Positions 38,510 to 47,499 of a DNA stretch of 64,000 bases are shown in pieces (position 1 is the stretch's first letter; each line of letters opens with the position of its first letter). The notes under the pieces are model-generated. The model saw only the letters and a list, made by a program, of their open reading frames with translations. It ran no database searches and had not been told where the DNA came from. Both the position numbers and the translations under genes were made by a program. This stretch comes from a virus. Lineage: Duplodnaviria; Caudoviricetes. The DNA is taken from the IMG/VR virus record IMGVR_UViG_3300017917_004093, positions 121 to 64,120 of that record; one strand, written 5' to 3'.

Positions 38510-39131
38510 CCAAAGCTTTGACTTGTTGATATAAGTCATCCAATGTGCCGTTGTTGTCTAAAACAGCATCAAACTTGGTGCCTACCCAACTGGTTTCGCT
38601 GGCATGTATGCCCATGCGTTCAAGTTTGACCTTGCTTACGCTCCAGCTGGTATTACCGTCGGGTCCGCGGTTAACGCTTTTGGCAGCTTCGTACCACTCA
38701 GGTTCGGGTCCGCGCACCACACGGATCACTAGGCCGCCTGCTTCTTTGATTGCAGCGATTTCGTTGGGAAACCTGCAGTCGCTGATCACTACATCATCTT
38801 CACTGTTTCTTAATTTGTTTTCCAGGCTGGCAATCCAAATGTTGTCATGAAATCCGCGACGACAAACTTCTGTGCCCCAGTACTGTAAAACCCAACGAGG
38901 AGTAATATCCATGCCCAGTCGTTTGCTCCACCACTCGTCGCGCTGCTCACGCCATTCGCGAGCTTGTTTTGTGCGCCCTTCCAACATAGTGCGGTCCCAT
39001 CCAAAAACACAAGACACAGCGTCTTTGAGTGTGTTAGCAAAGCTTTCCCTGCGAAAATGATGCAGATTTACTAGATAATCTGCAATGGTGTCCTTGCCTG
39101 ACCCAATGAAACCGCAAATTCCAATGATCAT
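38472..39131 (-). CDS. deoxynucleoside monophosphate kinase (gp1-like)
   Basis: GFIGSGKDT, FANTLKD, TPRWVLQYWGTE, ISDCRFPNE, HASE. Confidence 0.9.
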   Translation of the reverse strand: MIIGICGFIGSGKDTIADYLVNLHHFRRESFANTLKDAVSCVFGWDRTMLEGRTKQAREWREQRDEWWSKRLGMDITPRWVLQYWGTEVCRRGFHDNIWIASLENKLRNSEDDVVISDCRFPNEIAAIKEAGGLVIRVVRGPEPEWYEAAKSVNRGPDGNTSWSVSKVKLERMGIHASETSWVGTKFDAVLDNNGTLDDLYQQVKALVTNPAQDRPAAS

Positions 39132-39652
39132 CGCATTTCCTTTATTTTAAAATATTTCAATGTGTCTTGAACCATGACTATTTGTCTACGACAGTCTTCC
39201 AAGGCATGATGACTGGCCGGTGGTGCTTCTACATCAGGCCACAAGCTCAGCAGGGTTCGACTGTCGCGTACTTTGTAATACTGCCAGGGCAAGGGCTTTT
39301 TGTAGCTTTTGTAAGCATGCTCTAAAATGGTCATATCGTAGGTAGGGCCTTGTGCCCAGATACGATTGCTGTGCCAAATCAACCGGCCCAATTCATCCAG
39401 TGCTTGATCTAGCGGAATACGACCATCTTCAGCAAAGGCCTCATCTCGCACCACAGGGGGCTGTGTGGCCCACCATTCCAGTGTGTTTTGATCAATTTCA
39501 CGATGTTCTTGGCTCTCTAGAGTTACACGAGCATAGTAACTTTTGTCCTGGTAATAACCATCGCCAAAAGGATCAAATCCCTGAGCAGCTATAGTCAAAA
39601 TACAGGTTTCTGGTCCAGTGGCCAGGCCTTCTAAATCGAGCATTAAATCCAT
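39128..39652 (-). CDS. DEDDh 3'-5' exonuclease (DexA-like)
   Basis: MLDLE, WWATQ, WAQGPTYD, RDSRT, HHALEDC. Confidence 0.85.
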   Translation of the reverse strand: MDLMLDLEGLATGPETCILTIAAQGFDPFGDGYYQDKSYYARVTLESQEHREIDQNTLEWWATQPPVVRDEAFAEDGRIPLDQALDELGRLIWHSNRIWAQGPTYDMTILEHAYKSYKKPLPWQYYKVRDSRTLLSLWPDVEAPPASHHALEDCRRQIVMVQDTLKYFKIKEMR

Positions 39653-39658
39653 TTTGCT

Positions 39659-39687
39659 AGTATAGCAAAAGTCAGGTTAAGTGTCAA
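39659..39687 (-). promoter_or_regulatory. sigma70-type promoter TTGACA-17-TATACT
   Basis: near-consensus with TGn extension; ATG 39652 lies 6 nt downstream. Confidence 0.75.
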
Positions 39688-40449
39688 TTATCCAATGACC
39701 CAAGTCAAAGGTTGTGAACCGTCTACATAGGTCTTGAGTTGCTCGATTAGTGCATCCATTTGGGTCTGCGCTTCGCCCTTCATGGCAGTACCGTTGAGTG
39801 TGCCGCCGCCTTGTGGTCCGGCAATGGTGCTGTATTTTTCTCGGGCTTCGCCAATCATGTACTTGCAGTTTGCAACCATGTAGTCTCGTATCCATTGGCT
39901 GATTTGGAAATCGCTCAACAGGTTAATTTCAGGCTTGAGGTTATCGGTCCACAACAGCACGTTTTCGCCTGTGCCGCGCCAGTCACGAGCCATTTGCAGT
40001 TTCTTGGTCACAGGGTTCCAAGTAAACACCACATACTGGCCAAACATACGACCTGCCAGCTCCACATATTGTGTGTAAAAATCGTAGGTGGCAAGACCGC
40101 CGGCCACGTTGAAATTCATCAAGTAAACGTTTAGAGAAGCTTGAGTAAACGGATCAAAGTTGGTGGCATAGGGACCTTGACTGTTGCCGAATGTTCTGCG
40201 GAATATCTGACGCACATTGATCACTTCTTGCGGAAGTGTGTAAATGTTTACATCTTGCACCAGCTCAAGAAAACTATAGCTTTCTTCATAGGCATTTTGT
40301 GCACGTTGACGATAAGTGCCAATGGTTTTTTGATACGCAGCTTCGTAGTGATCTGGATCAAGTTCAACATCAATCATGCCTGAGCCCAATTGCAGCTGAA
40401 CATAATTGATGAGGTCTTGCTTGAGAACTTGTAACGTATTTTCGGCCAT
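39688..40449 (-). CDS. neck / head-tail adaptor (gp13-like)
   Basis: LGSGMIDVEL, WIRDY..A..K..IGE...KY..I.GP.GG.TLNG. Confidence 0.85.
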   Translation of the reverse strand: MAENTLQVLKQDLINYVQLQLGSGMIDVELDPDHYEAAYQKTIGTYRQRAQNAYEESYSFLELVQDVNIYTLPQEVINVRQIFRRTFGNSQGPYATNFDPFTQASLNVYLMNFNVAGGLATYDFYTQYVELAGRMFGQYVVFTWNPVTKKLQMARDWRGTGENVLLWTDNLKPEINLLSDFQISQWIRDYMVANCKYMIGEAREKYSTIAGPQGGGTLNGTAMKGEAQTQMDALIEQLKTYVDGSQPLTWVIG

Positions 40450-40474
40450 ATAGGGACTCCAGTCCCTATATTTA
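40448..40474 (-). promoter_or_regulatory. RBS-occluding hairpin overlapping a late promoter
   Basis: perfect 11 bp inverted repeat ATATAGGGACT/AGTCCCTATAT covering GGAG and part of the ATG; TAAATA at 40474-40469. Confidence 0.7.
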
Positions 40475-40476
40475 GC

Positions 40477-41616
40477 TTACCATACGCGAAGAATCACTAG
40501 GTTTTCGTTGCCCCGGGGATTCCAAGCAGTTTCTGTGGCCTTGATGTCTTTGAAGGCTTTGCGAGCTGCCGGCTTGCCTGCTGTGGTAATGGCTTTGAGC
40601 TGTTCAGCGGGCTTGCGAAGAGTCTTTTGCAGGGTTTCAGTGTTGCTGAATCCAATGATACCATTGTTTTTCACCGTGAACACTTTGGCATACTCGTCGG
40701 CCACCAGGTGAATAAGCTTGCGTTTTTTGCTGTCGTACAGCCAAGCTTCGGTTTTGTCCACCAATTGTGCTGCCGGCAAGCTCTTGAGCTTGAGCTCGGC
40801 AAAGTCAGCACAAATTTTAAACTTGGCTGCTTTTTTCTCGGGACTAACAGGTTTGACCTTGCGAGGCTTGCGCTCGACCTTTTTGATCTGCACATATGAG
40901 CCGCAGTCTGTGAGCACTAGCTCACAGAATTTTACACAGTTTTTTAACTGTGTTTTGGTAAGATGTTCGTAGCCTTTTACAAGATCTGCGTCTTTGCCTT
41001 CTACCACATCCTCAAACTCGATCAGCTTCTTGGCCCATACATCTTTGATATAGGACACCATCTGGGGTGCAATATTCATGCTGCGCATTAGACTCACAGG
41101 CTTGTAGTCTGCGTTAAGCTTGGCGCCGGCAGCAATGAACTCGTCAAACAGGCCTTCCAGTTCACCTGCACATTCGATTACTTTTTCGCGCAGACGATCT
41201 TGAATATTGGGACGAGCCACAACTGTTTCTTGTTCCACAACCACAGGCTCCGGTGCAGCCGAGTCATTGAGCAGCAGCAGGTCTTTGATCAGGTTGTCTA
41301 GTTTGATTTGCTCGTGCTCGTCCAATTGCAAGCCCATGAGGCTCATGCGGCATAGCCAGCCTGTGGTCAGGCGAACTTGACTGTCGCCGAGACCCCGAAT
41401 CTTTTTGGCATCCTGCCGGCGATCGTGCACGTCAAGATAGTTACAAATAAATTCTTTGGCTTCTTTTTTGCCGTAGAAATAGTTGTACCAATTGAATGCA
41501 CGTGTCAGTGCAACAAAACGGCTGTGTTCGGGTTGCTGACTCCAGACGGGTTCATTGCCCACATACTTGGTGTCAGGACTTTTGGGGTTCAGCGGTTTAA
41601 AGCTCAGAGTTTTCAC
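40477..41616 (-). CDS. conserved early hypothetical protein
   Basis: 379 aa, basic C-terminal half (QKTLRKP); GTG start with AAGGAG SD. Confidence 0.75.
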   Translation of the reverse strand: MKTLSFKPLNPKSPDTKYVGNEPVWSQQPEHSRFVALTRAFNWYNYFYGKKEAKEFICNYLDVHDRRQDAKKIRGLGDSQVRLTTGWLCRMSLMGLQLDEHEQIKLDNLIKDLLLLNDSAAPEPVVVEQETVVARPNIQDRLREKVIECAGELEGLFDEFIAAGAKLNADYKPVSLMRSMNIAPQMVSYIKDVWAKKLIEFEDVVEGKDADLVKGYEHLTKTQLKNCVKFCELVLTDCGSYVQIKKVERKPRKVKPVSPEKKAAKFKICADFAELKLKSLPAAQLVDKTEAWLYDSKKRKLIHLVADEYAKVFTVKNNGIIGFSNTETLQKTLRKPAEQLKAITTAGKPAARKAFKDIKATETAWNPRGNENLVILRVW

Positions 41617-41636
41617 GACAGCTCCTTTGATGTGTA

Positions 41637-41665
41637 ATTATAGCAGTTTGGGGCTAATTGGTCAA
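41637..41665 (-). promoter_or_regulatory. strong early promoter TTGACC-17-TATAAT
   Basis: -35 at 41665-41660, -10 at 41642-41637. Confidence 0.8.
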
Positions 41666-41923
41666 GTTGCAAGAAAGTAATACTAAAGTAAGATCTGTTT
41701 CGTTGCGAAACGTGATCCAAAATGGGCGACTGCTAAAACGAGCGCTTCGGGCGCCGTAATAGCTGTACCAGTTGTCTACACTGCGCCAGCCAGACCCCAA
41801 GCGGGCGCGGCACACTGACTCAATTTCGATTACCTTCGCATCCCAACCATCAAACCGCAGAGCCACTGTGTGTCCATTTTTGCGGAACTGCTTGAATCTG
41901 CGGTTTAATTTCACTATCTTCAT
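41654..41923 (-). CDS. small hypothetical protein
   Basis: MKIVKLNRR...; start placed at the predicted +1. Confidence 0.6.
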   Translation of the reverse strand: MKIVKLNRRFKQFRKNGHTVALRFDGWDAKVIEIESVCRARLGSGWRSVDNWYSYYGARSARFSSRPFWITFRNETDLTLVLLSCNLTN

Positions 41924-41929
41924 GCTCAA

Positions 41930-41958
41930 ATTATAGCACTTTTGACATTTTGGGTCAA
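41930..41958 (-). promoter_or_regulatory. sigma70-type promoter TTGACC-17-TATAAT
   Basis: -35 at 41958-41953, -10 at 41935-41930, ATG 41923 lies 6 nt downstream. Confidence 0.8.
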
Positions 41959-42209
41959 GTGTACAACAATCGTGCCAATGTAAGATGTTGTTCCAAGTTG
42001 GAAATTAAATCACGAGTCTGGGTTTCTAGCTGTTGATAGCGAGGGGTCACACGCCCAGTTCTGCGGCATTCCACGCTTTCCATGTCCATTTGAGTCAACA
42101 CACTGTCCACTGTTTTCAGCATTTTCAGCAGGTCTTTGCGGGCCTGGCGATTTTTAATGTTACTGATTTGTTCTGCACAGTCGGTTATGCGTTGGTATAG
42201 TTGGTCCAT
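41955..42209 (-). CDS. small helical hypothetical protein
   Basis: start MDQL at 42209 avoids overlap with the divergent gene. Confidence 0.55.
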   Translation of the reverse strand: MDQLYQRITDCAEQISNIKNRQARKDLLKMLKTVDSVLTQMDMESVECRRTGRVTPRYQQLETQTRDLISNLEQHLTLARLLYT

Positions 42210-42243
42210 TTGAGTGTAGTCAAACAATCTATAAATACTAATT

Positions 42244-43542
42244 ATGCCACGCTTGTCACTATATCGTCCCAATCGAACCAACGACTATCAGTTCTTCGAT
42301 CGCACCATTTCTGAAATGTTCACTGTGGGCGGTTTGGATATCTACATTCACAAGTATCTTGGCCCTGCCACAGGAGATGCCGGGGACAATGACGCCACAC
42401 TGCCTGTTTACGATCAAAGCAATCCCTTGTTCATTGAAGACTTGCTGTTGCTGGAAAACAGGGATCGAAAATACGACAGCAACATTTACATCATGCGCGG
42501 CGTTTATCGCCAACAAGACATTGATTTTAATCTAAGCCAGTTTGGCTTGTTTTTGAACAACGACACACTGTTTATATCTTTTCACTACAACAACATGATT
42601 GACACCATTGGTCGCAAGCTCATGAGTGGCGATGTGTTAGAACTGCCTAACTTGATAGATTATCATCCGCTAAACACCAGTATTTTAAAAGCACTGCCAA
42701 AGTACTATGTGATACAAGAAGCCAATTTTGGCAGCGAAGGATTCAGTCAAACCTGGTTGCCACACATATGGCGTGTGAAAGCCACTCCCTTGGTCAATGC
42801 ACAAGAATACAACGATATTCTCGACAAGCCTTTTGAACCTGACAATATCTGGGACAATGGCAACTTCTATCCACAAGGCAGCACTGTGCTAGACGGCGAT
42901 ACCTACTATCAAGCCACGCAAAACGTTCCTCCGGGCACAGACATAACCAACACCAATTACTGGCAGGTAAAAGACCCAGCTACTATTACTGAACAAATGA
43001 GCACTAGACCCCGAGATTTGGAACTCAACGATGCCATACTCACACAGGCCGAAGTGGAAGTTCCGCTCAGTGGCTATGACACAGTGAAGTTTTATATTCT
43101 GCCCACCACCGAAAGTGGTCAACCTGCATCGGCTGGACTTACTGCAGACAACAGTGCAGTCACGGTGGATGGCACAGAACCCGGCGAAGGTATAACACCT
43201 AGATCCGATGGCTATACACTGGGCTATTTGACCGGGGACGGCATTGCACCCAACGGATTACCTGTCACCCCCGGTGTCAGCTTCCCACCAAGACCAGTGT
43301 CAGGCGATTACTGTTTGCGTTTGGATTATTTTCCCAATCGACTGTTTAGATTCAACGGAGCATCCTGGGTCAAAATTGAAGACAGTGTTAGAACTGGGCT
43401 TGATTTTGCCGAAAATGCTAGAACTCTGCGGGCTGGCTTTGTCAACAACACAGCCACTGTGCAAACCGCAGATCGTGGCGCTATTCCCAGTAGACAGAGT
43501 CTGTCCAGAATTCTCAAGCCCAACGCCGACAACGGAGGTTAA
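42244..43542 (+). CDS. neck / head closure protein (gp14-like) with extensions
   Basis: GGLDIYIHKY, LLENRDRKY, LSQFGL, GDVLELP; TATAAATA at 42230-42237. Confidence 0.7.
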   Translation: MPRLSLYRPNRTNDYQFFDRTISEMFTVGGLDIYIHKYLGPATGDAGDNDATLPVYDQSNPLFIEDLLLLENRDRKYDSNIYIMRGVYRQQDIDFNLSQFGLFLNNDTLFISFHYNNMIDTIGRKLMSGDVLELPNLIDYHPLNTSILKALPKYYVIQEANFGSEGFSQTWLPHIWRVKATPLVNAQEYNDILDKPFEPDNIWDNGNFYPQGSTVLDGDTYYQATQNVPPGTDITNTNYWQVKDPATITEQMSTRPRDLELNDAILTQAEVEVPLSGYDTVKFYILPTTESGQPASAGLTADNSAVTVDGTEPGEGITPRSDGYTLGYLTGDGIAPNGLPVTPGVSFPPRPVSGDYCLRLDYFPNRLFRFNGASWVKIEDSVRTGLDFAENARTLRAGFVNNTATVQTADRGAIPSRQSLSRILKPNADNGG

Positions 43543-43544
43543 CA

Positions 43545-44939
43545 ATGGCAGGCCCAATTTTTTTCTACGACGAACAAATACGTCGTTTCTTGCTACAGTT
43601 TGCTAGAATTTTTTCAAACTTTCAAGTCGAATACGGCCGCAACGAAGAAGGAACCAACCACACCCTGGTTCGTGTGCCTGTGCGATATGGCGATTCCAGC
43701 AGACAGGTACAAACTGTGCTACAAAGCAACTCACCCAACGTCATGCCCAGTACACCGCTGATGACATTTTATATCACCAGCCTGGACTATGATCGTCCCA
43801 GAATGCAAGAGCCCTATCATGTCAGCAAGATCAATGTTAGACAGCGATTCTACGACACCAACACAGACACCTACGAAACCACACAGGGCAATGCTTTCAC
43901 TATCGAACGCTTGATGCCTGTGCCCTATAGTTTGACCATAAACTTGGATATTTGGACTTCTAACACCAACCAAAAATTTCAATTGCTGGAACAAATTATT
44001 CCGTTGTTTAATCCTGCACTGGAAATACAAAGCACTGATAACTTTATCGACTGGACTTCACTAACTGTGGTGGAGTTGGACAGCACCAAATGGAGCAGCC
44101 GCACAATACCTGTGGGCACAGATGATCCCATTGACATTGCCACCCTCACATTCAAAATTCCAATCTGGATCAGCTCGCCGGCCAAGGTCAAGAAACTGGG
44201 TGTGGTCGAACGCATTATTGCATCTATCTACGATGCCAAAGGCGATGCTGTGAATGCTATCACAGACAGTGATCTACTGTTGGGCACAAGGCAAGTGTTT
44301 ACACCCTATGACTATCAGGTCTTGCTGATTGGCAACAAACTGCAGGCTTTGAGGCCACAGCAGGTAGTTGACCAAAGCAACAGCAGTCTTCAACCCGCTG
44401 ACAGTCCCATCAGCAATGTGCTGTGGCACTCTGTGGTAGGCGAATACGGTGTGTTGCGCGAAGGTGTCAGCGTGGTAAAACTGGAACAGGAAGATGGTTC
44501 AGAAGTCATGGGCACAGTGGCCTATGATCCCACTGATGATAGATTTTTGTTATTTGCAGTGGACGAAGACACAGTGCCTGCCAACACACTGAGTCCCATC
44601 AATGCTGTGATCAATCCATTGTTGAGTGGTCCTGGTCAAGGATTGCCTGCTGCTGCACTGGGCCAGCGATATCTATTAACCGAAGACACTGGCAGCGACA
44701 ACGGCTATGCCACAGCCTGGGCAGGACCATTTGGTCAGTATCTCAAAGCCAAAGCCAACGACATAATTGAATATGATGGCAGCAGATGGGTAGTAGTTTT
44801 TGACAGTGCCAATAGCCCAGTAAATAAGCAATATGTCACAAACCTCACCACAGAATTGCAATATGAATGGACCGGCACAACCTGGATCAAAAGTTATCAA
44901 GGACTGTATCCGGGTGGCACATGGAGTCTAGTGTTGTAA
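43545..44939 (+). CDS. tail terminator / sheath stabiliser (gp15-like) with C-terminal extension
   Basis: FFYDEQIRR..FARIFS, VPVRYG, MPVPY, QLLEQIIPLFNP. Confidence 0.82.
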   Translation: MAGPIFFYDEQIRRFLLQFARIFSNFQVEYGRNEEGTNHTLVRVPVRYGDSSRQVQTVLQSNSPNVMPSTPLMTFYITSLDYDRPRMQEPYHVSKINVRQRFYDTNTDTYETTQGNAFTIERLMPVPYSLTINLDIWTSNTNQKFQLLEQIIPLFNPALEIQSTDNFIDWTSLTVVELDSTKWSSRTIPVGTDDPIDIATLTFKIPIWISSPAKVKKLGVVERIIASIYDAKGDAVNAITDSDLLLGTRQVFTPYDYQVLLIGNKLQALRPQQVVDQSNSSLQPADSPISNVLWHSVVGEYGVLREGVSVVKLEQEDGSEVMGTVAYDPTDDRFLLFAVDEDTVPANTLSPINAVINPLLSGPGQGLPAAALGQRYLLTEDTGSDNGYATAWAGPFGQYLKAKANDIIEYDGSRWVVVFDSANSPVNKQYVTNLTTELQYEWTGTTWIKSYQGLYPGGTWSLVL

Positions 44940-45358
44940 ACGCAGTGGGCGTTTGGTTTTTTGCTCTAAACACCCGCCGCTATCTTTATCTACTGCGAAA
45001 CGATCCCAAGCACCCGGGAACCTGGGGCTTGCCCGGCGGCAAAATAGATGCCAATGAAACTTTGATGCAGGCCATTGAACGCGAATGTGTAGAAGAAATG
45101 GGTATGATGCCCAGCTATGTTGGATTGGTACCGTTGGAAAAATTCACATCTGCTGACAATAGATTTGTGTATCACACATTTTTTTGCAGCGTACCTGATG
45201 AATTTGCTCCAACACTCAACGAAGAACACATTGGTTGGGCCTGGATTGATTCGGGTCACTGGCCCAAACCCATGCATCCTGGATTATGGTCAACTGTTAA
45301 CTTCGATGCGGTGCGTGACAAGATCAACCAGGCCGAACTCACACATCACAGTAGGTAA
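44921..45358 (+). CDS. Nudix hydrolase
   Basis: Nudix box GGKIDANETLMQAIERECVEEMG. Confidence 0.88.
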   Translation: MESSVVNAVGVWFFALNTRRYLYLLRNDPKHPGTWGLPGGKIDANETLMQAIERECVEEMGMMPSYVGLVPLEKFTSADNRFVYHTFFCSVPDEFAPTLNEEHIGWAWIDSGHWPKPMHPGLWSTVNFDAVRDKINQAELTHHSR

Positions 45359-46004
45359 TGAATTCTCTGTGTGTGAATTGTCTAAAGTTGCTGTAGTTTT
45401 TCCAGGCAGCAGGAGTTTGTGGTGCGTGAGCCACATGCACAAACTGCGTACCAGAAAAAGCTGCAAATACCTGTTCCATTTGTTGTTGCCAATCCTTGTG
45501 AGGTATTCTGGCTTCTTCGGTGTAACCCAATAAAAACACTTCTTTGTGACCGTCAAAAGCAGCCAGATAGGGCAATACCACTTCGCTCACAAAGGGTGGG
45601 TTGAATGGGATCAAATAAAAAGCACCAGGATGTTTCAAACACAGTCTGGGAGTGGTATAAATCACATTTTGTTTGTAGTAATGGGCGTTGAGTATTTCTT
45701 GTAAAGCCTGTTCATCTTTTTCCACAGCAAAATCAAGGCGCATGTGTTTGGCCACGGCTGTGGTACCATAGGTTTGCAGTTTGAGCCTGCCCAACAATCC
45801 GCCTTTGTGTCTTTCAAGTATTCTAAAATCAAAATGTACCTGGTCTGCTGCGCTGGCGATACAAGCAGCACGACCAGAAATATGATGGTTCTCAATTGGG
45901 TTAGGAATCCATTCGCGTTGAGATCTTTTCTTGCCACCAGACCATGCAGTGTTGGTAATAACAAATTCTCCTGTATAGTCTTTTCTGTATTTTGCTGAAA
46001 TCAT
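45339..46004 (-). CDS. hypothetical protein, distant relative of 59985..60572
   Basis: shared tail AAFDGHKEVFLLGY vs AALDGHRRIYMVGF. Confidence 0.6.
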   Translation of the reverse strand: MISAKYRKDYTGEFVITNTAWSGGKKRSQREWIPNPIENHHISGRAACIASAADQVHFDFRILERHKGGLLGRLKLQTYGTTAVAKHMRLDFAVEKDEQALQEILNAHYYKQNVIYTTPRLCLKHPGAFYLIPFNPPFVSEVVLPYLAAFDGHKEVFLLGYTEEARIPHKDWQQQMEQVFAAFSGTQFVHVAHAPQTPAAWKNYSNFRQFTHREFITYCDV

Positions 46005-47479
46005 GCTCTTCCCACTAGTATTTCAATAGTTCCACTTATGCCTTGGAAATTTTCTATGGCTTTGCCAATCACGGTACCTGGCTGAGGAGTAGTACAAGCC
46101 TGTGCATATCCATTGGCAGCACTTACCATCAAGCTACCCTGGCTAACAGGTCCTAGCACTTTGGTTGGTACCCGGCCAATCAATGCCAACGCAATACTGT
46201 GTGTTGCCTCAATGCCTGCATTCATAAGGTGTGCAGGATTGGTAGAAACAACACCTGCCACTCTAGTGTCATTGGGTGTGTTACATATTGTGACTTCTTT
46301 ATTGCCACCGAACATCAATACTGTACCTGGCTCATAGTTGGCATCGCTGGCATAATATTCAGCAACGTCAGCATATTGAGCTGATGTAGCCTTGGCATGC
46401 ACTGTGTTAAAATAGGTAGTAGCACTGCCAATGTTGGCTGTTCCATTGGACGCACTAGACACAATATTGCCAGCGGTAGTTATAGTGCCAGCGGATATTA
46501 AGTTGCCGCCGTTGATATTGCCTGTGGCACTAAACGCACCAGCATAAGTCAGTGGTCCTGTACCTGCTCGGCCAAGTTTTCCAGTTGCGTCGCTATTGCC
46601 AAACACAATGTAACAGTTTGCAGGATTCTGTTGACCTTTAAGTCCAATGGTGTCTGCCTGATTGATATCGCCGATCCAGGCATCGTCGCCGACTTGGAAG
46701 TTTTGCCCAGTTCCGTTTGTGTTACCAGCAAAGGCACCAGCAGTTACAATGTTAGTGACTTTGTTGTAAACAAACTGACCATTGCCGCCAAAAGTGCCCC
46801 CATCGTTGAACTGCACAAAGGTATTTGATCCACCAGGTGTTCCGCCACCGCCGCCACCGGCCAACAAGTTTGAGCCTACTCCGGCTGCGGCAGCAGTCAA
46901 ATCAATATATGCACCCCTCGCTCCATTGCCTTGAAAAAATCTCAGTTGATTTTGATAGACGTCAATGGTTACAGAACCAGTTAAGGCAGTATTAGTAGCA
47001 GGTATTGAAAGATTAATCTGGCCGCCTTCGTCCCCTGCTGACTGCGTTGATGTTAACTCGTATCCAAAAACTTTGCCTGTACCAGTAGCAACGATGTTAG
47101 CGCCACTGATGTTAGCTGCCGATGTAATATTGCCGGTTGAGCTGATCAATCCGCCAGTGAGTATGTTACCACCCGTAACGTTGGCAGTTACACTCACAAC
47201 TGAACCAATGTGGCTTGCTGCCGATACCGTGGTAGTGCCTAATAAATTACCACCTGCTATGTTAGCTGCCGATGTAATATTGCCAGTTGAACTGATTAGT
47301 CCCCCAGTAAGCAAATTGCCACTTGTGACATTGCCGCCAGCAGATACAAAAGTGGTCACATACAAGCTGGCAACGTTGCCCTGAACCACAGTCCAGCTGC
47401 GACTCGCGCTGGCATAAACGTAGGTGATTCCGTTTACTGTTGCAGTTTGACCATTGATTGGACTGGTAGGAAATGCCAT
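46001..47479 (-). CDS. fibre-like virion protein with C-terminal intramolecular chaperone (peptidase G2-like) domain
   Basis: GGNLLTGGLISSTGNITSAANI repeats; AQYADVAEYY..YEPGTV..VAGVVST.P..GRVP.KV..IGKA. Confidence 0.75.
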   Translation of the reverse strand: MAFPTSPINGQTATVNGITYVYASASRSWTVVQGNVASLYVTTFVSAGGNVTSGNLLTGGLISSTGNITSAANIAGGNLLGTTTVSAASHIGSVVSVTANVTGGNILTGGLISSTGNITSAANISGANIVATGTGKVFGYELTSTQSAGDEGGQINLSIPATNTALTGSVTIDVYQNQLRFFQGNGARGAYIDLTAAAAGVGSNLLAGGGGGGTPGGSNTFVQFNDGGTFGGNGQFVYNKVTNIVTAGAFAGNTNGTGQNFQVGDDAWIGDINQADTIGLKGQQNPANCYIVFGNSDATGKLGRAGTGPLTYAGAFSATGNINGGNLISAGTITTAGNIVSSASNGTANIGSATTYFNTVHAKATSAQYADVAEYYASDANYEPGTVLMFGGNKEVTICNTPNDTRVAGVVSTNPAHLMNAGIEATHSIALALIGRVPTKVLGPVSQGSLMVSAANGYAQACTTPQPGTVIGKAIENFQGISGTIEILVGRA

Positions 47480-47499
47480 TGTTTATGCCTTTTGAATAT

